A stretch of DNA of 64,000 bases, from assembly GCA_040954595.2 (NCBI GenBank), contig CM082595.2, positions 9,005,510 through 9,069,509 of the forward strand, given 5' to 3'. The notes beneath the pieces are model-generated. The model was not told the origin of the DNA, searched no databases, and saw nothing but the letters and a program-made list of their open reading frames with translations. How positions within the stretch are numbered: the first letter of the stretch is position 1; each line of letters begins with the position of its first letter. The stretch comes from Balanoglossus misakiensis (Eukaryota; Animalia; Hemichordata). Of the stretch, positions 1 to 15,500 are shown piece by piece. The position numbers and the translations under genes were made by a program.

Positions 1-3000
1 CCAAAAATGGACGAAATTTTCAGATTTTGCAAAGTCGAAAATTTGTCATTTTTTCATGATTTTCACCCATGATTTTTTCAAAAATCGACGAAATTTTGAG
101 ATTTTGCAGTCGAAAATTTGTAATTTTTTGATGATTTTCCCCCATGATTTTTTTCAAAAATCGACGAAATTTTGAGATTTTGCAAAGTCGAAAATTTGTC
201 ATTTTTTGATGATTTTCACCCATGATTTTCTTCAAAAATCGACGAAATTTTGAGATTTTGCAAAGTCGAAAATGTGTCATTTTTTGATGATTTTCACCCG
301 TTTTTTTTCAAAATTTGTCATTTTTTGATGATTTTCACCCATGATTTTTTTTCAAAAATCGACGAAATTTTGAGATTTTGCAAAGTCGAAAATGTGTCAT
401 TTTTTGATGATTTTCACCCATGATTTTTTTCAAAAATCGACGAAATTTTGAGATTTTGCGAAGTCGAAAATTTGTCATTTTTTGATGATTTTCAACAATT
501 TTTTTTAAAAAATCGACGAAATGTTGAGATTTTGCAAAGTCGAAAATGTGTCATTTTTTGATGATTTTCACCCGTTTTTTTTTCAAAATTTGTCATTTTT
601 TCATGATTTTCACCCATGATTTTTTTCAAAAATCGACGAAATTTTGTGATTTTTCAAAGTCGAAAATTTTGTCATTTTTGATGATTTTCAACCATGATTT
701 TTTTTCAAAAATCGACGAAATTTTGTGATTTTACAAAGTCGAAAATTTTGTCATTTTTGATGATTTTCACCCTTGATTTTCTTCAAAAATCGACGAAATT
801 TTGAGATTTTTGCAAAGTCGAAATTTATCATTTTTTGATGATTTTCACCCATGATTTTTTTCAAAAATCGATGAAATTTTGAGATTTTGCAGTAAAAAAA
901 TTGTCATTTTTTGATGATTTTCACCCATGATTTTTTTCAAAATTGACGAAATTTTGAGATTTTGCAGTCGAAAATTTGTCATTTTTTGATCATTTTCCCC
1001 CATGATTTTTTTCAAAAATCGACGAAATTTTCAGATTTTGCAAAGTCGAAAATTTGTCATTTTTTCATGATTTTCACCCATGATTTTTTCAAAAATCGAC
1101 GAAATTTTGAGATTTTGCAGTCGAAAATTTGTAATTTTTTGATGATTTTCCCCCATGATTTTTTTCAAAAATCGACGAAATTTTGAGATTTTGCAAAGTC
1201 GAAAATTTGTCATTTTTTGATGATTTTCACCCATGATTTTCTTCAAAAATCGACGAAATTTTGAGATTTGCAAAGTCGAAAATGTGTCATTTTTTGATGA
1301 TTTTCACCCGTTTTTTTTCAAAATTTGTCATTTTTTGATGATTTTCACCCATGATTTTTTTTCAAAAATCGACGAAATTTTGAGATTTTGCAAAGTCGAA
1401 AATGTGTCATTTTTTGATGATTTTCACCCATGATTTTTTTCAAAAATCGACGAAATTTTGAGATTTTGCGAAGTCGAAAATTTGTCATTTTTTGATGATT
1501 TTCACCCATGATTTTTTTCAAAAATCGACGAAATGTTGAGATTTTGCAAAGTCGAAAATTTGTCATTTTTTGATGATTTTCACCCATGATTTTTTTCAAA
1601 AATCGACGAAATGTTGAGATTTTGCAAAGTCGAAAATTTGTCATTTTTTGATGGTTTTCACCCATGATTTTTTTTCAAAAATCGACGAAATTTTGAGATT
1701 TTGCAAAGTCGAAAATGTGTCATTTTTTGACGATTTTCACCCGTTTTTTTTCAAAATTTGTCATTTTTTCATGATTTTCACCCATGATTTTTTTCAAAAA
1801 TCGACGAAATTTTGAGATTTTGCAAAGTCGAAAATTTGTCATTTTTTCATGATTTTCACCCATGATTTTTTCAAAAATCGACGAAATTTTGAGATTTTGC
1901 AGTCGAAAATTTTGTAATTTTTTGATGATTTTCCCCCATGATTTTTTTCAAAAATCGACGAAATTTTGAGATTTTGCAAAGTCGAAAATTTGTCATTTTT
2001 TGATGATTTTCACCCATGATTTTCTTCAAAAATCGACGAAATTTTGAGATTTTGCAAAGTCGAAAATGTGTCATTTTTTGATGATTTTCACCCGTTTTTT
2101 TTCAAAATTTGTCATTTTTTGATGATTTTCACCCATGATTTTTTTTCAAAAATCGACGAAATTTTGAGATTTTGCAAAGTCGAAAATGTGTCATTTTTGA
2201 TGATTTTCACCCATGATTTTTTTCAAAAATCGACGAAATTTTGAGATTTTGCGAAGTCGAAAATTTGTCATTTTTTGATGATTTTCACCCATGATTTTTT
2301 TCAAAAATCGACGAAATGTTGAGATTTTGCAAAGTCGAAAATTTGTCATTTTTTGATGATTTTCACCCATGATTTTTTTTCAAAAATCGACGAAATGTTG
2401 AGATTTTGCAAAGTCGAAAATTTTGTCATTTTTTGATGATTTTCAACCATGATTTTTTTCAAAAATCGACTAAATGTTGAGATTTTGCAAAGTCGAAAAT
2501 GTGTCATTTTTTGATGATTTTCACCCGGTTTTTTTCAAAATTTGTCATTTTTTTCATGATTTTCACCCATGATTTTTTTTCAAAAATCGACGAAATTTTG
2601 TGATTTTTCAAAGTCGAAAATTTTGTCATTTTTTGATGATTTTCATTCATGATTTTTTTTCAAAAATCGACGAAATTTTGTGATTTTACAAAGTCGAAAA
2701 TTTTGTCATTTTTTGATGATTTTCACCCTTGATTTTCTTCAAAATCGACGAAATTTTGAGATTTTGCAAAGTCGAAAATTTATCATTTTTTGATGATTTT
2801 CACCTATGATTTTCTTCAAAAATCGACGAAATTTTGAGATTTTGCAAAGTCGAAAATTTGTCATTTTTTGATGGTTTTCACCCATGATTTTTTTTCAAAA
2901 ATCGACGAAATTTTGAGATTTTGCAAAGTCGAAAATGTGTCATTTTTTGATGATTTTCACCCTTGATTTTCTTCAAAAATCGACGAAATTTTGAGATTTT

Positions 3001-6000
3001 GCAAAGTCGAAAATTTATCATTTTTTGATGATTTTCACCCATGATTTTTTTCAAAAATCGATGAAATTTTGAGATTTTGCAGTAAAAAAATTGTCATTTT
3101 TTGATGATTTTCCCCCATGATTTTTTTCAAAATTGACGAAATTTTGAGATTTTGCAGTCGAAAATTTGTCATTTTTTGATCATTTTCCCCCATGATTTTT
3201 TTCAAAAATCGACGAAATTTTCAGATTTTGCAAAGTCGAAAATTTGTCATTTTTTCATGATTTTCACCCATGATTTTTTCAAAAATCGACGAAATTTTGA
3301 GATTTTGCAGTCGAAAATTTGTAATTTTTTGATGATTTTCCCCATGATTTTTTTCAAAAATCGACGAAAATTTTGAGATTTTGCAAAGTCGAAAATTTGT
3401 CATTTTTTGATGATTTTCACCCATGATTTTCTTCAAAAATCGACGAAATTTTGAGATTTTGCAAAGTCGAAAATTTGTCATTTTTTGATGATTTTCACCC
3501 ATGATTTTTTTCAAAAATCGACGAAATTTTGAGATTTTGCAAAGTCGAAAATTTGTCATTTTTTGATGGTTTTCACCCATGATTTTTTTTTCAAAAATCG
3601 ACGAAATTTTGAGATTTTGCAAAGTCGAAAATGTGTCATTTTTTGATGATTTTCACCCTTGATTTTCTTCAAAAATCGACGAAATTTTGAGATTTTGCAA
3701 AGTCGAAAAATTTATCATTTTTTGATGATTTTCACCCATGATTTTTTTCAAAAAATCGATGAAATTTTGAGATTTTGCAGTAAAAACATTGTCATTTTTT
3801 GATGATTTTCACCCATGATTTTTTTCAAAATTGACGAAATTTTGAGATTTTGCAGTCGAAAATTTGTCATTTTTTGATCATTTTCCCCATGATTTTTTTC
3901 AAAAATCGACGAAATTTTCAGATTTTGCAAAGTCGAAAATTTGTCATTTTTTGATGATTTTCACCCATGATTTTTCTTCAAAATCGACGAAATTTTGAGA
4001 TTTTGCAAAGTCGAAAATTTGTCATTTTTTGATGATTTTCACCCATGATTTTTTCAAAAATCGACGAAATTTTGAGATTTTGCAAAGTCGAAAATTTGTC
4101 ATTTTTTGATGGTTTTCACCCATGATTTTTTTTCAAAAATCGACGAAATTTTGAGATTTTGCAAAGTCGAAAATGTGTCATTTTTTGACGATTTTCACCC
4201 GGTTTTTTTTCAAAATTTGTCATTTTTTCATGATTTTCACCCATGATTTTTTTCAAAAATCGACGAAATTTTGAGATTTTGCAAAGTCGAAAATTTGTCA
4301 TTTTTTGATGATATTCACCCATGATTTTTTTCAAAAATCGACGAAATTTTGAGATTTTGCAAAGTCGAAAATGTGTCATTTTTTGATGATTTTCACCCAT
4401 GTTTTTTTTTTAAAATCGACGAACCTATGATTTTTTTCAAAATAGACGAAATTTTGTGATTTTGCAAAGTCGAAAATTTTGTCATTTTTTGATGATTTTC
4501 AACCATGATTTTTTTTCAAAAATCGACGAAATTTTGAGATTTTGCAAAATCGTAAATTTGTCATTTTTTGATGATTTTCCCCCAATGGTTTTTTTCAAAA
4601 TCGACGAAATTTTGAGATTTTGCAAAGTCGAAAATTTGTCATTTTTTGATGATTTTCCCCCATGATTTTTTTTCAAAAATGGACGAAATTTTGAGATTTT
4701 GCAAAGACGAAAATTTGTCATTTTTTGATGATTTTCACCCATGATTTTTTTTCAAAAATCGACGAAATTTTGAGATTTTGCAAAGTCGAAAATGTGTCAT
4801 TTTTGATGATTTTCACCCGTTTTTTTTCAAAATTTGTCATTTTTTGATGATTTTCACCCATGATTTTTTTTCAAAAATCGACGAAATTTTGAGATTTTGC
4901 AAAGTCGAAAATGTGTCATTTTTTGATGATTTTCACCCATTATTTTTTTTCAAAAATCGACGAAATTTTGAGATTTTGCAAAGTCGAAAATGTGTCATTT
5001 TTTGATGATTTTCACCCATGATTTTTTTCAAAAATCGACGAAATTTTGAGATTTTGCAAAGTCGAAAATGTGTCATTTTTTGATGATTTTCACCCATGAT
5101 TTTTTTCAAAAATCGACGAAATTTTGAGATTTTGCAAAGTCGAAAATTTGTCATTTTTTGATGATTTTCACCCATGATTTTTTTCAAAAATCGACGAAAT
5201 TTTGAGATTTTGCAAAGTCGAAAATTTGTCATTTTTTGATGGTTTTCACCCATGATTTTTTTTCAAAAATCGACGAAATTTTGAGATTTTGCAAAGTCGA
5301 AAATGTGTCATTTTTTTGACGATTTTCACCCGGTTTTTTTCAAAATTTGTCATTTTTTCATGATTTTCACCCATGATTTTTTTCAAAAATCGACGAAATT
5401 TTGAGATTTTGCAAAGTCGAAAATTTGTCATTTTTTGATGATATTCACCCATGATTTTTTCAAAAATCGACGAAATTTTGAGATTTTGCAAAGTCGAAAA
5501 TGTGTCATTTTTTGATGATTTTCACCCATGTTTTTTTTTTTTAAATCGACGAACCTATGATTTTTTTCAAAATAGACGAAATTTTGTGATTTTGCAAAGT
5601 CGAAAATTTTGTCATTTTTTGATGATTTTCAACCATGATTTTTTTTCAAAAATCGACGAAATTTTGAGATTTTGCAAAATCGTAAATTTGTCATTTTTTG
5701 ATGATTTTCCCCCAATGGTTTTTTTCAAAATCGACGAAATTTTGAGATTTTGCAAAGTCGAAATTTGTCATTTTTGATGATTTTCCCCCATGATTTTTTT
5801 TCAAAAATGGACGAAATTTTGAGATTTTGCAAAGACGAAAATTTGTCATTTTTTGATGATTTTCACCCATGATTTTTTTTCAAAAATCGACGAAATTTTG
5901 AGATTTTGCAAAGTCGAAAATGTGTCATTTTTTGATGATTTTCACCCGTTTTTTTTCAAAATTTGTCATTTTTTGATGATTTTCACCCATGATTTTTTTT

Positions 6001-9000
6001 CAAAAATCGACGAAATTTTGAGATTTTGCAAAGTCGAAAATGTGTCATTTTTGATGATTTTCACCCATTATTTTTTTTCAAAAATCGACGAAATTTTGTG
6101 ATTTTACAAAGTCGAAAATTTTGTCATTTTTTGATGATTTTCACCCTTGATTTTCTTCAAAAATCGACGAAATTTTGAGATTTTGCAAAGTCGAAAATTT
6201 ATCATTTTTTGATGATTTTCACCCATGATTTTTTTCAAAAATCGATGAAATTTTGAGATTTTGCAGTAAAAAAATTGTCATTTTTTTGATGATTTTCACC
6301 CATGATTTTTTTCAAAATTGACGAAATTTTGAGATTTTGCAGTCGAAAATTTGTCATTTTTTGATCATTTTCCCCCATGTTTTTTTCCAAAAATGGACGA
6401 AATTTTCAGATTTTGCAAAGTCGAAAATTTGTCATTTTTTCATGATTTTCACCCATGATTTTTTCAAAAATCGACGAAATTTTGAGATTTTGCAGTCGAA
6501 AATTTGTAATTTTTTGATGATTTTCCCCCATGATTTTTTTCAAAAATCGACGAAAATTTTGAGATTTTGCAAAGTCGAAAATTTGTCATTTTTTGATGAT
6601 TTTCACCCATGATTTTCTTCAAAAATCGACGAAATTTTGAGATTTTGCAAAGTCGAAAATGTGTCATTTTTTGATGATTTTCACCCGTTTTTTTCAAAAT
6701 TTGTCATTTTTTGATGATTTTCACCCATGATTTTTTTTTCAAAAATCGACGAAATTTTGAGATTTTGCAAAGTCGAAAATGTGTCATTTTTTGATGATTT
6801 TCACCCATGATTTTTTTCAAAAATCGACGAAATTTTGAGATTTTGCGAAGTCGAAAATTTGTCATTTTTTGATGATTTTCAACAATTTTTTTTAAAAAAT
6901 CGACGAAATGTTGAGATTTTGCAAAGTCGAAAATGTGTCATTTTTGATGATTTCACCCGTTTTTTTTTCAAAATTTGTCATTTTTTCATGATTTTCACCC
7001 ATGATTTTTTTCAAAAATCGACGAAATTTTGTGATTTTTCAAAGTCGAAAATTTTGTCATTTTTTGATGATTTTCAACCATGATTTTTTTTCAAAAATCG
7101 ACGAAATTTTGTGATTTTACAAAAGTCGAAAATTTTGTCATTTTTTGATGATTTTCACCCTTGATTTTCTTCAAAAATCGACGAAATTTTGAGATTTTGC
7201 AAAGTCGAAAATTTATCATTTTTTGATGATTTTCACCCATGATTTTTTTCAAAAATCGATGAAATTTTGAGATTTTGCAGTAAAAAATTGTCATTTTTGA
7301 TGATTTTCACCATGATTTTTTCAAATTGACGAAATTTTGAGATTTTGCAGTCGAAAATTTGTCATTTTTTGATCATTTTCCCCCATGATTGTTTTCAAAA
7401 ATCGACGAAATTTTCAGATTTTGCAAAGTCGAAAATTTGTCATTTTTTCATGATTTTCACCCATGATTTTTTCAAAAATCGACGAAATTTTGAGATTTTG
7501 CAGTCGAAAATTTGTAATTTTTTGATGATTTTCCCCCATGATTTTTTTCAAAAATCGACGAAATTTTGAGATTTTGCAAAGTCGAAAATTTGTCATTTTT
7601 TGATGATTTTCACCCATGATTTTCTTCAAAAATCGACGAAATTTTGAGATTTTGCAAAGTCGAAAATGTGTCATTTTTTGATGATTTTCACCCGTTTTTT
7701 TTCAAAATTTGTCATTTTTTGATGATTTTCACCCATGATTTTTTTTCAAAAATCGACGAAATTTTGAGATTTTGCAAAGTCGAAAATGTGTCATTTTTTG
7801 ATGATTTTCACCCATGATTTTTTTCAAAAATCGACGAAATTTTGAGATTTTGCGAAGTCGAAAATTTGTCATTTTTTGATGATTTTCACCCATGATTTTT
7901 TTCAAAAATCGACGAAATGTTGAGATTTTGCAAAGTCGAAAATTTGTCATTTTTTGATGATTTTTCACCCATGATTTTTTTTCAAAAATCGACGAAATGT
8001 TGAGATTTTGCAAAGTCGAAAATTTGTCATTTTTTTGATGGTTTTCACCCATGATTTTTTTTCAAAAATCGACGAAATTTTGAGATTTTGCAAAGTCGAA
8101 AATGTGTCATTTTTTGACGATTTTCACCCGTTTTTTTTTCAAAATTTGTCATTTTTTCATGATTTTCACCCATGATTTTTTTCAAAAATCGACGAAATTT
8201 TGAGATTTTGCAAAGTCGAAAATTTGTCATTTTTTCATGATTTTCACCCATGATTTTTTCAAAAATCGACGAAATTTTGAGATTTTGCAGTCGAAAATTT
8301 GTAATTTTTTGATGATTTTCCCCCATGATTTTTTCAAAAATCGACGAAATTTTGAGATTTTGCAAAGTCGAAAATTTGTCATTTTTGATGATTTTCACCC
8401 ATGATTTTCTTCAAAAATCGACGAAATTTTGAGATTTTGCAAAGTCGAAAATTTGTCATTTTTTGATGATTTTCACCCATGATTTTTTTCAAAAATCGAC
8501 GAAATTTTGAGATTTTGCAAAGTCGAAAATTTGTCATTTTTTGATGGTTTTCACCCATGATTTTTTTTCAAAAATCGACGAAATTTTGAGATTTTGCAAA
8601 GTCGAAAATGTGTCATTTTTTGACGATTTCACCCGTTTTTTTTCAAAATTTGTCATTTTTACATGATTTTCACCCATGATTTTTTTCAAAAATCGACGAA
8701 ATTTTGAGATTTTGCAAAGTCGAAAATTTGTCATTTTTTGATGATTTTCACCCATGATTTTTTTCAAAAATCGACGAAATTTTGAGATTTTGCAAAGTCG
8801 AAATGTGTCATTTTTTGATGATTTTCACCCATGTTTTTTTTTTAAAATCGACGAACCTATGATTTTTTTCAAAATAGACGAAATTTTGTGATTTTGCAAA
8901 GTCGAAAATTTTGTCATTTTTTGATGATTTTCAACGATGATTTTTTTTCAAAAATCGACGAAATTTTGAGATTTTTCAAAATCGTAAATTTGTCATTTTT

Positions 9001-9599
9001 TGATGATTTTCCCCCCAATGGTTTTTTTCAAAATCGACGAAATTTGAGATTTTGCAAAGTCGAAAATTTGTCATTTTTTGATGATTTTCCCCCATGATTT
9101 TTTTTCAAAAATGGACGAAATTTTGAGATTTTGCAAAGACGAAAATTTGTCATTTTTGATGATTTTCACCCTTGATTTTCTTCAAAAATCGACGAAATTT
9201 TGAGATTTTGCAAAGTCGAAAATTTATCATTTTTTGATGATTTTCACCCATGATTTTTTTCAAAAATCGATGAAATTTTGAGATTTTGCAGTAAAAAAAT
9301 TGTCATTTTTTGATGATTTTCACCCATGATTTTTTTCAAAATTGACGAAATTTTGAGATTTTGCAGTCGAAAATTTGTCATTTTTTGATCATTTTCCCCC
9401 ATGTTTTTTTCCAAAAATCGACGAAATTTTCAGATTTTGCAAAGTCGAAAATTTGTCATTTTTTCATGATTTTCACCCATGATTTTTTCAAAAATCGACG
9501 AAATTTTGAGATTTTGCAGTCGAAAATTTGTAATTTTTTGATGATTTTCCCCCATGATTTTTTTCAAAAATCGACGAAATTTTGAGATTTTGCAAAGTC

Positions 9600-12500
9600 G
9601 AAAATTTGTCATTTTTTGATGATTTTCACCCATGATTTTCTTCAAAAATCGACGAAATTTTGAGATTTTGCAAAGTCGAAAATGTGTCATTTTTTGATGA
9701 TTTTCACCCGTTTTTTTTCAAAATTTGTCATTTTTTGATGATTTTCACCCATGATTTTTTTCAAAAATCGACGAAATTTTGAGATTTTGCAAAGTCGAAA
9801 ATGTGTCATTTTTTGATGATTTTCACCCATGATTTTTTTCAAAAATCGACGAAATTTTGAGATTTTGCGAAGTCGAAAATTTGTCATTTTTTGATGATTT
9901 TCAACAATTTTTTTTAAAAAATCGACGAAATGTTGAGATTTTGCAAAGTCGAAAATGTGTCATTTTTTGATGATTTTCACCCGTTTTTTTTTCAAAATTT
10001 GTCATTTTTTCATGATTTTCACCCATGATTTTTTTCAAAAATCGACGAAATTTTGTGATTTTTCAAAGTCGAAAATTTTGTCATTTTTTGATGATTTTCA
10101 ACCATGATTTTTTTTCAAAAATCGACGAAATTTTGTGATTTTACAAAGTCGAAAATTTTGTCATTTTTTGATGATTTTCACCCTTGATTTTCTTCAAAAA
10201 TCGACGAAATTTTGAGATTTTGCAAAGTCGAAAATTTATCATTTTTTGATGATTTTCACCCATGATTTTTTTCAAAAATCGATGAAATTTTGAGATTTTG
10301 CAGTAAAAAAAATTGTCATTTTTTGATGATTTTCACCCATGATTTTTTCAAAATTGACGAAATTTTGAGATTTTGCAGTCGAAAATTTGTCATTTTTTGA
10401 TCATTTTCCCCCATGATTTTTTCAAAAATCGACGAAATTTTCAGATTTTGCAAAGTCGAAAATTTGTCATTTTTTCATGATTTTCACCCATGATTTTTTC
10501 AAAAATCGACGAAATTTTGAGATTTTGCAGTCGAAAATTTGTAATTTTTTGATGATTTTCCCCCATGATTTTTTCAAAAATCGACGAAATTTTGAGATTT
10601 TGCAAAGTCGAAAATTTGTCATTTTTTGATGATTTTCACCCATGATTTTCTTCAAAAATCGACGAAATTTTGAGATTTTGCAAAGTCGAAAATGTGTCAT
10701 TTTTTGATGATTTTCACCCGTTTTTTTTCAAAATTTGTCATTTTTTGATGATTTTCACCCATGATTTTTTTTCAAAAATCGACGAAATTTTGAGATTTTG
10801 CAAAGTCGAAAATGTGTCATTTTTTGATGATTTTCACCCATGATTTTTTTTCAAAAATCGACGAAATTTTGAGATTTTGCGAAGTCGAAAATTTGTCATT
10901 TTTTGATGATTTTCACCCATGATTTTTTCAAAAATCGACGAAATGTTGAGATTTTGCAAAGTCGAAAATTTGTCATTTTTTGATGATTTTCACCCATGAT
11001 TTTTTTCAAAAATCGACGAAATGTTGAGATTTTGCAAAGTCGAAAATTTTGTCATTTTTTGATGATTTTCAACCATGATTTTTTTCAAAAATCGACTAAA
11101 TGTTGAGATTTTGCAAAGTCGAAAATGTGTCATTTTTTGATGATTTTCACCCGGTTTTTTTTCAAAATTTGTCATTTTTTCATGATTTTCACCCATGATT
11201 TTTTTCAAAAATCGACGAAATTTTGTGATTTTTCAAAGTCGAAAATTTTGTCATTTTTTGATGATTTTCATTCATGATTTTTTTTCAAAAATCGACGAAA
11301 TTTTGTGATTTTACAAAGTCGAAAATTTTGTCATTTTTTGATGATTTTCACCCTTGATTTTCTTCAAAAATCGACGAAATTTTGAGATTTTGCAAAGTCG
11401 AAAATTTATCATTTTTTGATGATTTTCACCCATGATTTTTTTCAAAAATCGATGAAATTTTGAGATTTTGCAGTAAAAAAATTGTCATTTTTTGATGATT
11501 TTCACCCATGATTTTTTTCAAAATTGACGAAATTTTGAGATTTTGCAGTCGAAAATTTGTCATTTTTTGATCATTTTCCCCCATGATTTTTTCAAAAATC
11601 GACGAAATTTTGAGATTTTGCAGTCGAAAATTTGTCATTTTTTGATGATTTTCACCCATGATTTTTTCAAAAATCGACGAAATTTTGAGATTTTGCAGTC
11701 GAAAATTTGTAATTTTTTGATTATTTTCCCCCATGATTTTTTTCAAAAATCGACGAAATTTTGAGATTTTGCAGTCGAAAATTTGTCATTTTTGATGATT
11801 TTCACCCATGATTTTCTTCAAAAATCGACGAAATTTTGAGATTTTGCAAAGTCGAAAATTTGTCATTTTTTGATGGTTTTCACCCATGATTTTTTTTCAA
11901 AAATCGACGAAATTTTGAGATTTTGCAAAGTCGAAAATGTGTCATTTTTTGACGATTTTCACCCGTTTTTTTTTTCAAAATTTGTCATTTTTCATGATTT
12001 TCACCCATGATTTTTTTCAAAAATCGACGAAATTTTGAGATTTTGCAAAGTCGAAAATTTGTCATTTTTTCATGATTTTCACCCATGATTTTTTCAAAAA
12101 TCGACGAAATTTTGAGATTTTGCAGTCGAAAATTTGTAATTTTTTGATGATTTTCCCCCATGATTTTTTTCAAAAATCGACGAAATTTTGAGATTTTGCA
12201 AAGTCGAAAATTTGTCATTTTTTGATGATTTTCACCCATGATTTTCTTCAAAAATCGACGAAATTTTGAGATTTTGCAAAGTCGAAAATTTGTCATTTTT
12301 TGATGATTTTCACCCATGATTTTTTTCAAAAATCGACGAAATTTTGAGATTTTGCAAAGTCGAAAATTTGTCATTTTTTGATGGTTTTCACCCATGATTT
12401 TTTTTCAAAAATCGACGAAATTTTGAGATTTTGCAAAGTCGAAAATGTGTCATTTTTTGACGATTTTCACCCGTTTTTTTTCAAAATTTGTCATTTTTAC

Positions 12501-15500
12501 ATGATTTTCACCCATGATTTTTTTCAAAAATCGACGAAATTTTGAGATTTTGCAAAGTCGAAAATTTGTCATTTTTTGATGATTTTCACCCATGATTTTT
12601 TTCAAAAATCGACGAAATTTTGAGATTTTGCAAAGTCGAAAATGTGTCATTTTTTGATGATTTTCACCCATGTTTTTTTTTTAAAATCGACGAACCTATG
12701 ATTTTTTTCAAAATAGACGAAATTTTGTGATTTTGCAAAGTCGAAAATTTTGTCATTTTTTGATGATTTTCAACCATGATTTTTTTTCAAAAATCGACGA
12801 AATTTTGAGATTTTGCAAAATCGTAAATTTGTCATTTTTTGATGATTTTCCCCCCAATGGTTTTTTTCAAAATCGACGAAATTTTGAGATTTTGCAAAGT
12901 CGAAAATTTGTCATTTTTTGATGATTTTCCCCCATGATTTTTTTTCAAAAATGGACGAAATTTTGAGATTTTGCAAAGACGAAAATTTGTCATTTTTGAT
13001 GATTTTCACCCATGATTTTTTTTCAAAAATCGACGAAATTTTGAGATTTTGCAAAGTCGAAAATGTGTCATTTTTTGATGATTTTCACCCGTTTTTTTTC
13101 AAAATTTGTCATTTTTTGATGATTTTCACCCATGATTTTTTTTCAAAAATCGACGAAATTTTGAGATTTTGCAAAGTCGAAAATGTGTCATTTTTTGATG
13201 ATTTTCACCCATGATTTTTTTCAAAAATCGACGAAATTTTGAGATTTTGCAAAGTCGAAAATGTGTCATTTTTTGATGATTTTCACCCATGATTTTTTTC
13301 AAAAATCGACGAAATTTTGAGATTTTGCGAAGTCGAAAATTTGTCATTTTTTGATGATTTTCACCCATGATTTTTTTCAAAAATCAACGAAATGTTGAGA
13401 TTTTGCAAAGTCGAAAATTTGTCATTTTTTGATGATTTTCACCCATGATTTTTTTCAAAAATCGACGAAATGTTGAGATTTTGCAAAGTCGAAAATTTTT
13501 GTCATTTTTTGATGATTTTCAACCATGATTTTTTTCAAAAATCGACTAAATGTTGAGATTTTGCAAAGTCGAAAATGTGTCATTTTTTGATGATTTTCAC
13601 CCATTTTTTTTTCAAAATTTGTCATTTTTTCATGATTTTCACCCATGATTTTTTTCAAAAATCGACGAAATTTTGTGATTTTTCAAAGTCGAAAATTTTG
13701 TCATTTTTTGATGATTTTCAACCATGATTTTTTTTCAAAAATCGACGAAATTTTGTGATTTTACAAAGTCGAAAATTTTGTCATTTTTTGATGATTTTCA
13801 CCCTTGATTTTCTTCAAAAATCGACGAAATTTTGAGATTTTGCAAAGTCGAAAATTTATCATTTTTTGATGATTTTCACCCATGATTTTTTTCAAAAATC
13901 GATGAAATTTTGAGATTTTGCAGTAAAAAAATTGTCATTTTTTGATGATTTTCACCCATGATTTTTTTCAAAATTGACGAAATTTTGAGATTTTGCAGTC
14001 GAAAATTTGTCATTTTTTGATCATTTTCCCCCATGATTTTTTTCAAAATCGACGAAATTTTCAGATTTTGCAAAGTCGAAAATTTGTCATTTTTTGATGA
14101 TTTTCACCCATGATTTTCTTCAAAAATCGACGAAATTTTGAGATTTTTGCAAAGTCGAAAATGTGTCATTTTTTGATGATTTTCACCCGTTTTTTTTCAA
14201 AATTTGTCATTTTTTGATGATTTTCACCCATGATTTTTTTTCAAAAATCGACGAAATTTTGAGATTTTGCAAAGTCGAAAATGTGTCATTTTTTGATGAT
14301 TTTCACCCATGATTTTTTCAAAAATCGACGAAATTTTGAGATTTTGCGAAGTCGAAAATTTGTCATTTTTTGATGATTTTCAACAATTTTTTTTAAAAAA
14401 TCGACGAAATGTTGAGATTTTGCAAAGTCGAAAATGTGTCATTTTTTGATGATTTTCACCCGTTTTTTTTTCAAAATTTGTCATTTTTTCATGATTTTCA
14501 CCCATGATTTTTTTCAAAAATCGACGAAATTTTGTGATTTTTCAAAGTCGAAAATTTTGTCATTTTTTGATGATTTTCAACCATGATTTTTTTTCAAAAA
14601 TCGACGAAATTTTGTGATTTTACAAAGTCGAAAATTTTGTCATTTTTTGATGATTTTCACCCTTGATTTTCTTCAAAAATCGACGAAATTTTGAGATTTT
14701 GCAAAGTCGAAAATTTATCATTTTTTGATGATTTTCACCCATGATTTTTTTCAAAAATCGATGAAATTTTGAGATTTTGCAGTAAAAAAATTGTCATTTT
14801 TTGATGATTTTCACCCATGATTTTTTTCAAAATTGACGAAATTTTGAGATTTTGCAGTCGAAAATTTGTCATTTTTTGATCATTTTCCCCCATGATTTTT
14901 TTCAAAAATCGACGAAATTTTCAGATTTTGCAAAGTCGAAAATTTGTCATTTTTTCATGATTTTCACCCATGATTTTTTCAAAAATCGACGAAATTTTGA
15001 GATTTTGCAGTCGAAAATTTGTAATTTTTTGATGATTTTCCCCATGATTTTTTTCAAAAATCGACGAAATTTTGAGATTTTGCAAAGTCGAAAATTTGTC
15101 ATTTTTTGATGATTTTCACCCATGATTTTCTTCAAAAATCGACGAAATTTTGAGATTTTGCAAAGTCGAAAATGTGTCATTTTTTGATGATTTTCACCCG
15201 TTTTTTTTCAAAATTTGTCATTTTTTGATGATTTTCACCCATGATTTTTTTTCAAAAATCGACGAAATTTTGAGATTTTGCAAAGTCGAAAATGTGTCAT
15301 TTTTTGATGATTTTCACCCATGATTTTTTTCAAAAATCGACGAAATTTTGAGATTTTGCGAAGTCGAAAATTTGTCATTTTTTGATGATTTTCACCCATG
15401 ATTTTTTTCAAAAATCGACGAAATGTTGAGATTTTGCAAAGTCGAAAATTTGTCATTTTTTGATGATTTTCACCCATGATTTTTTTCAAAAATCGACGAA

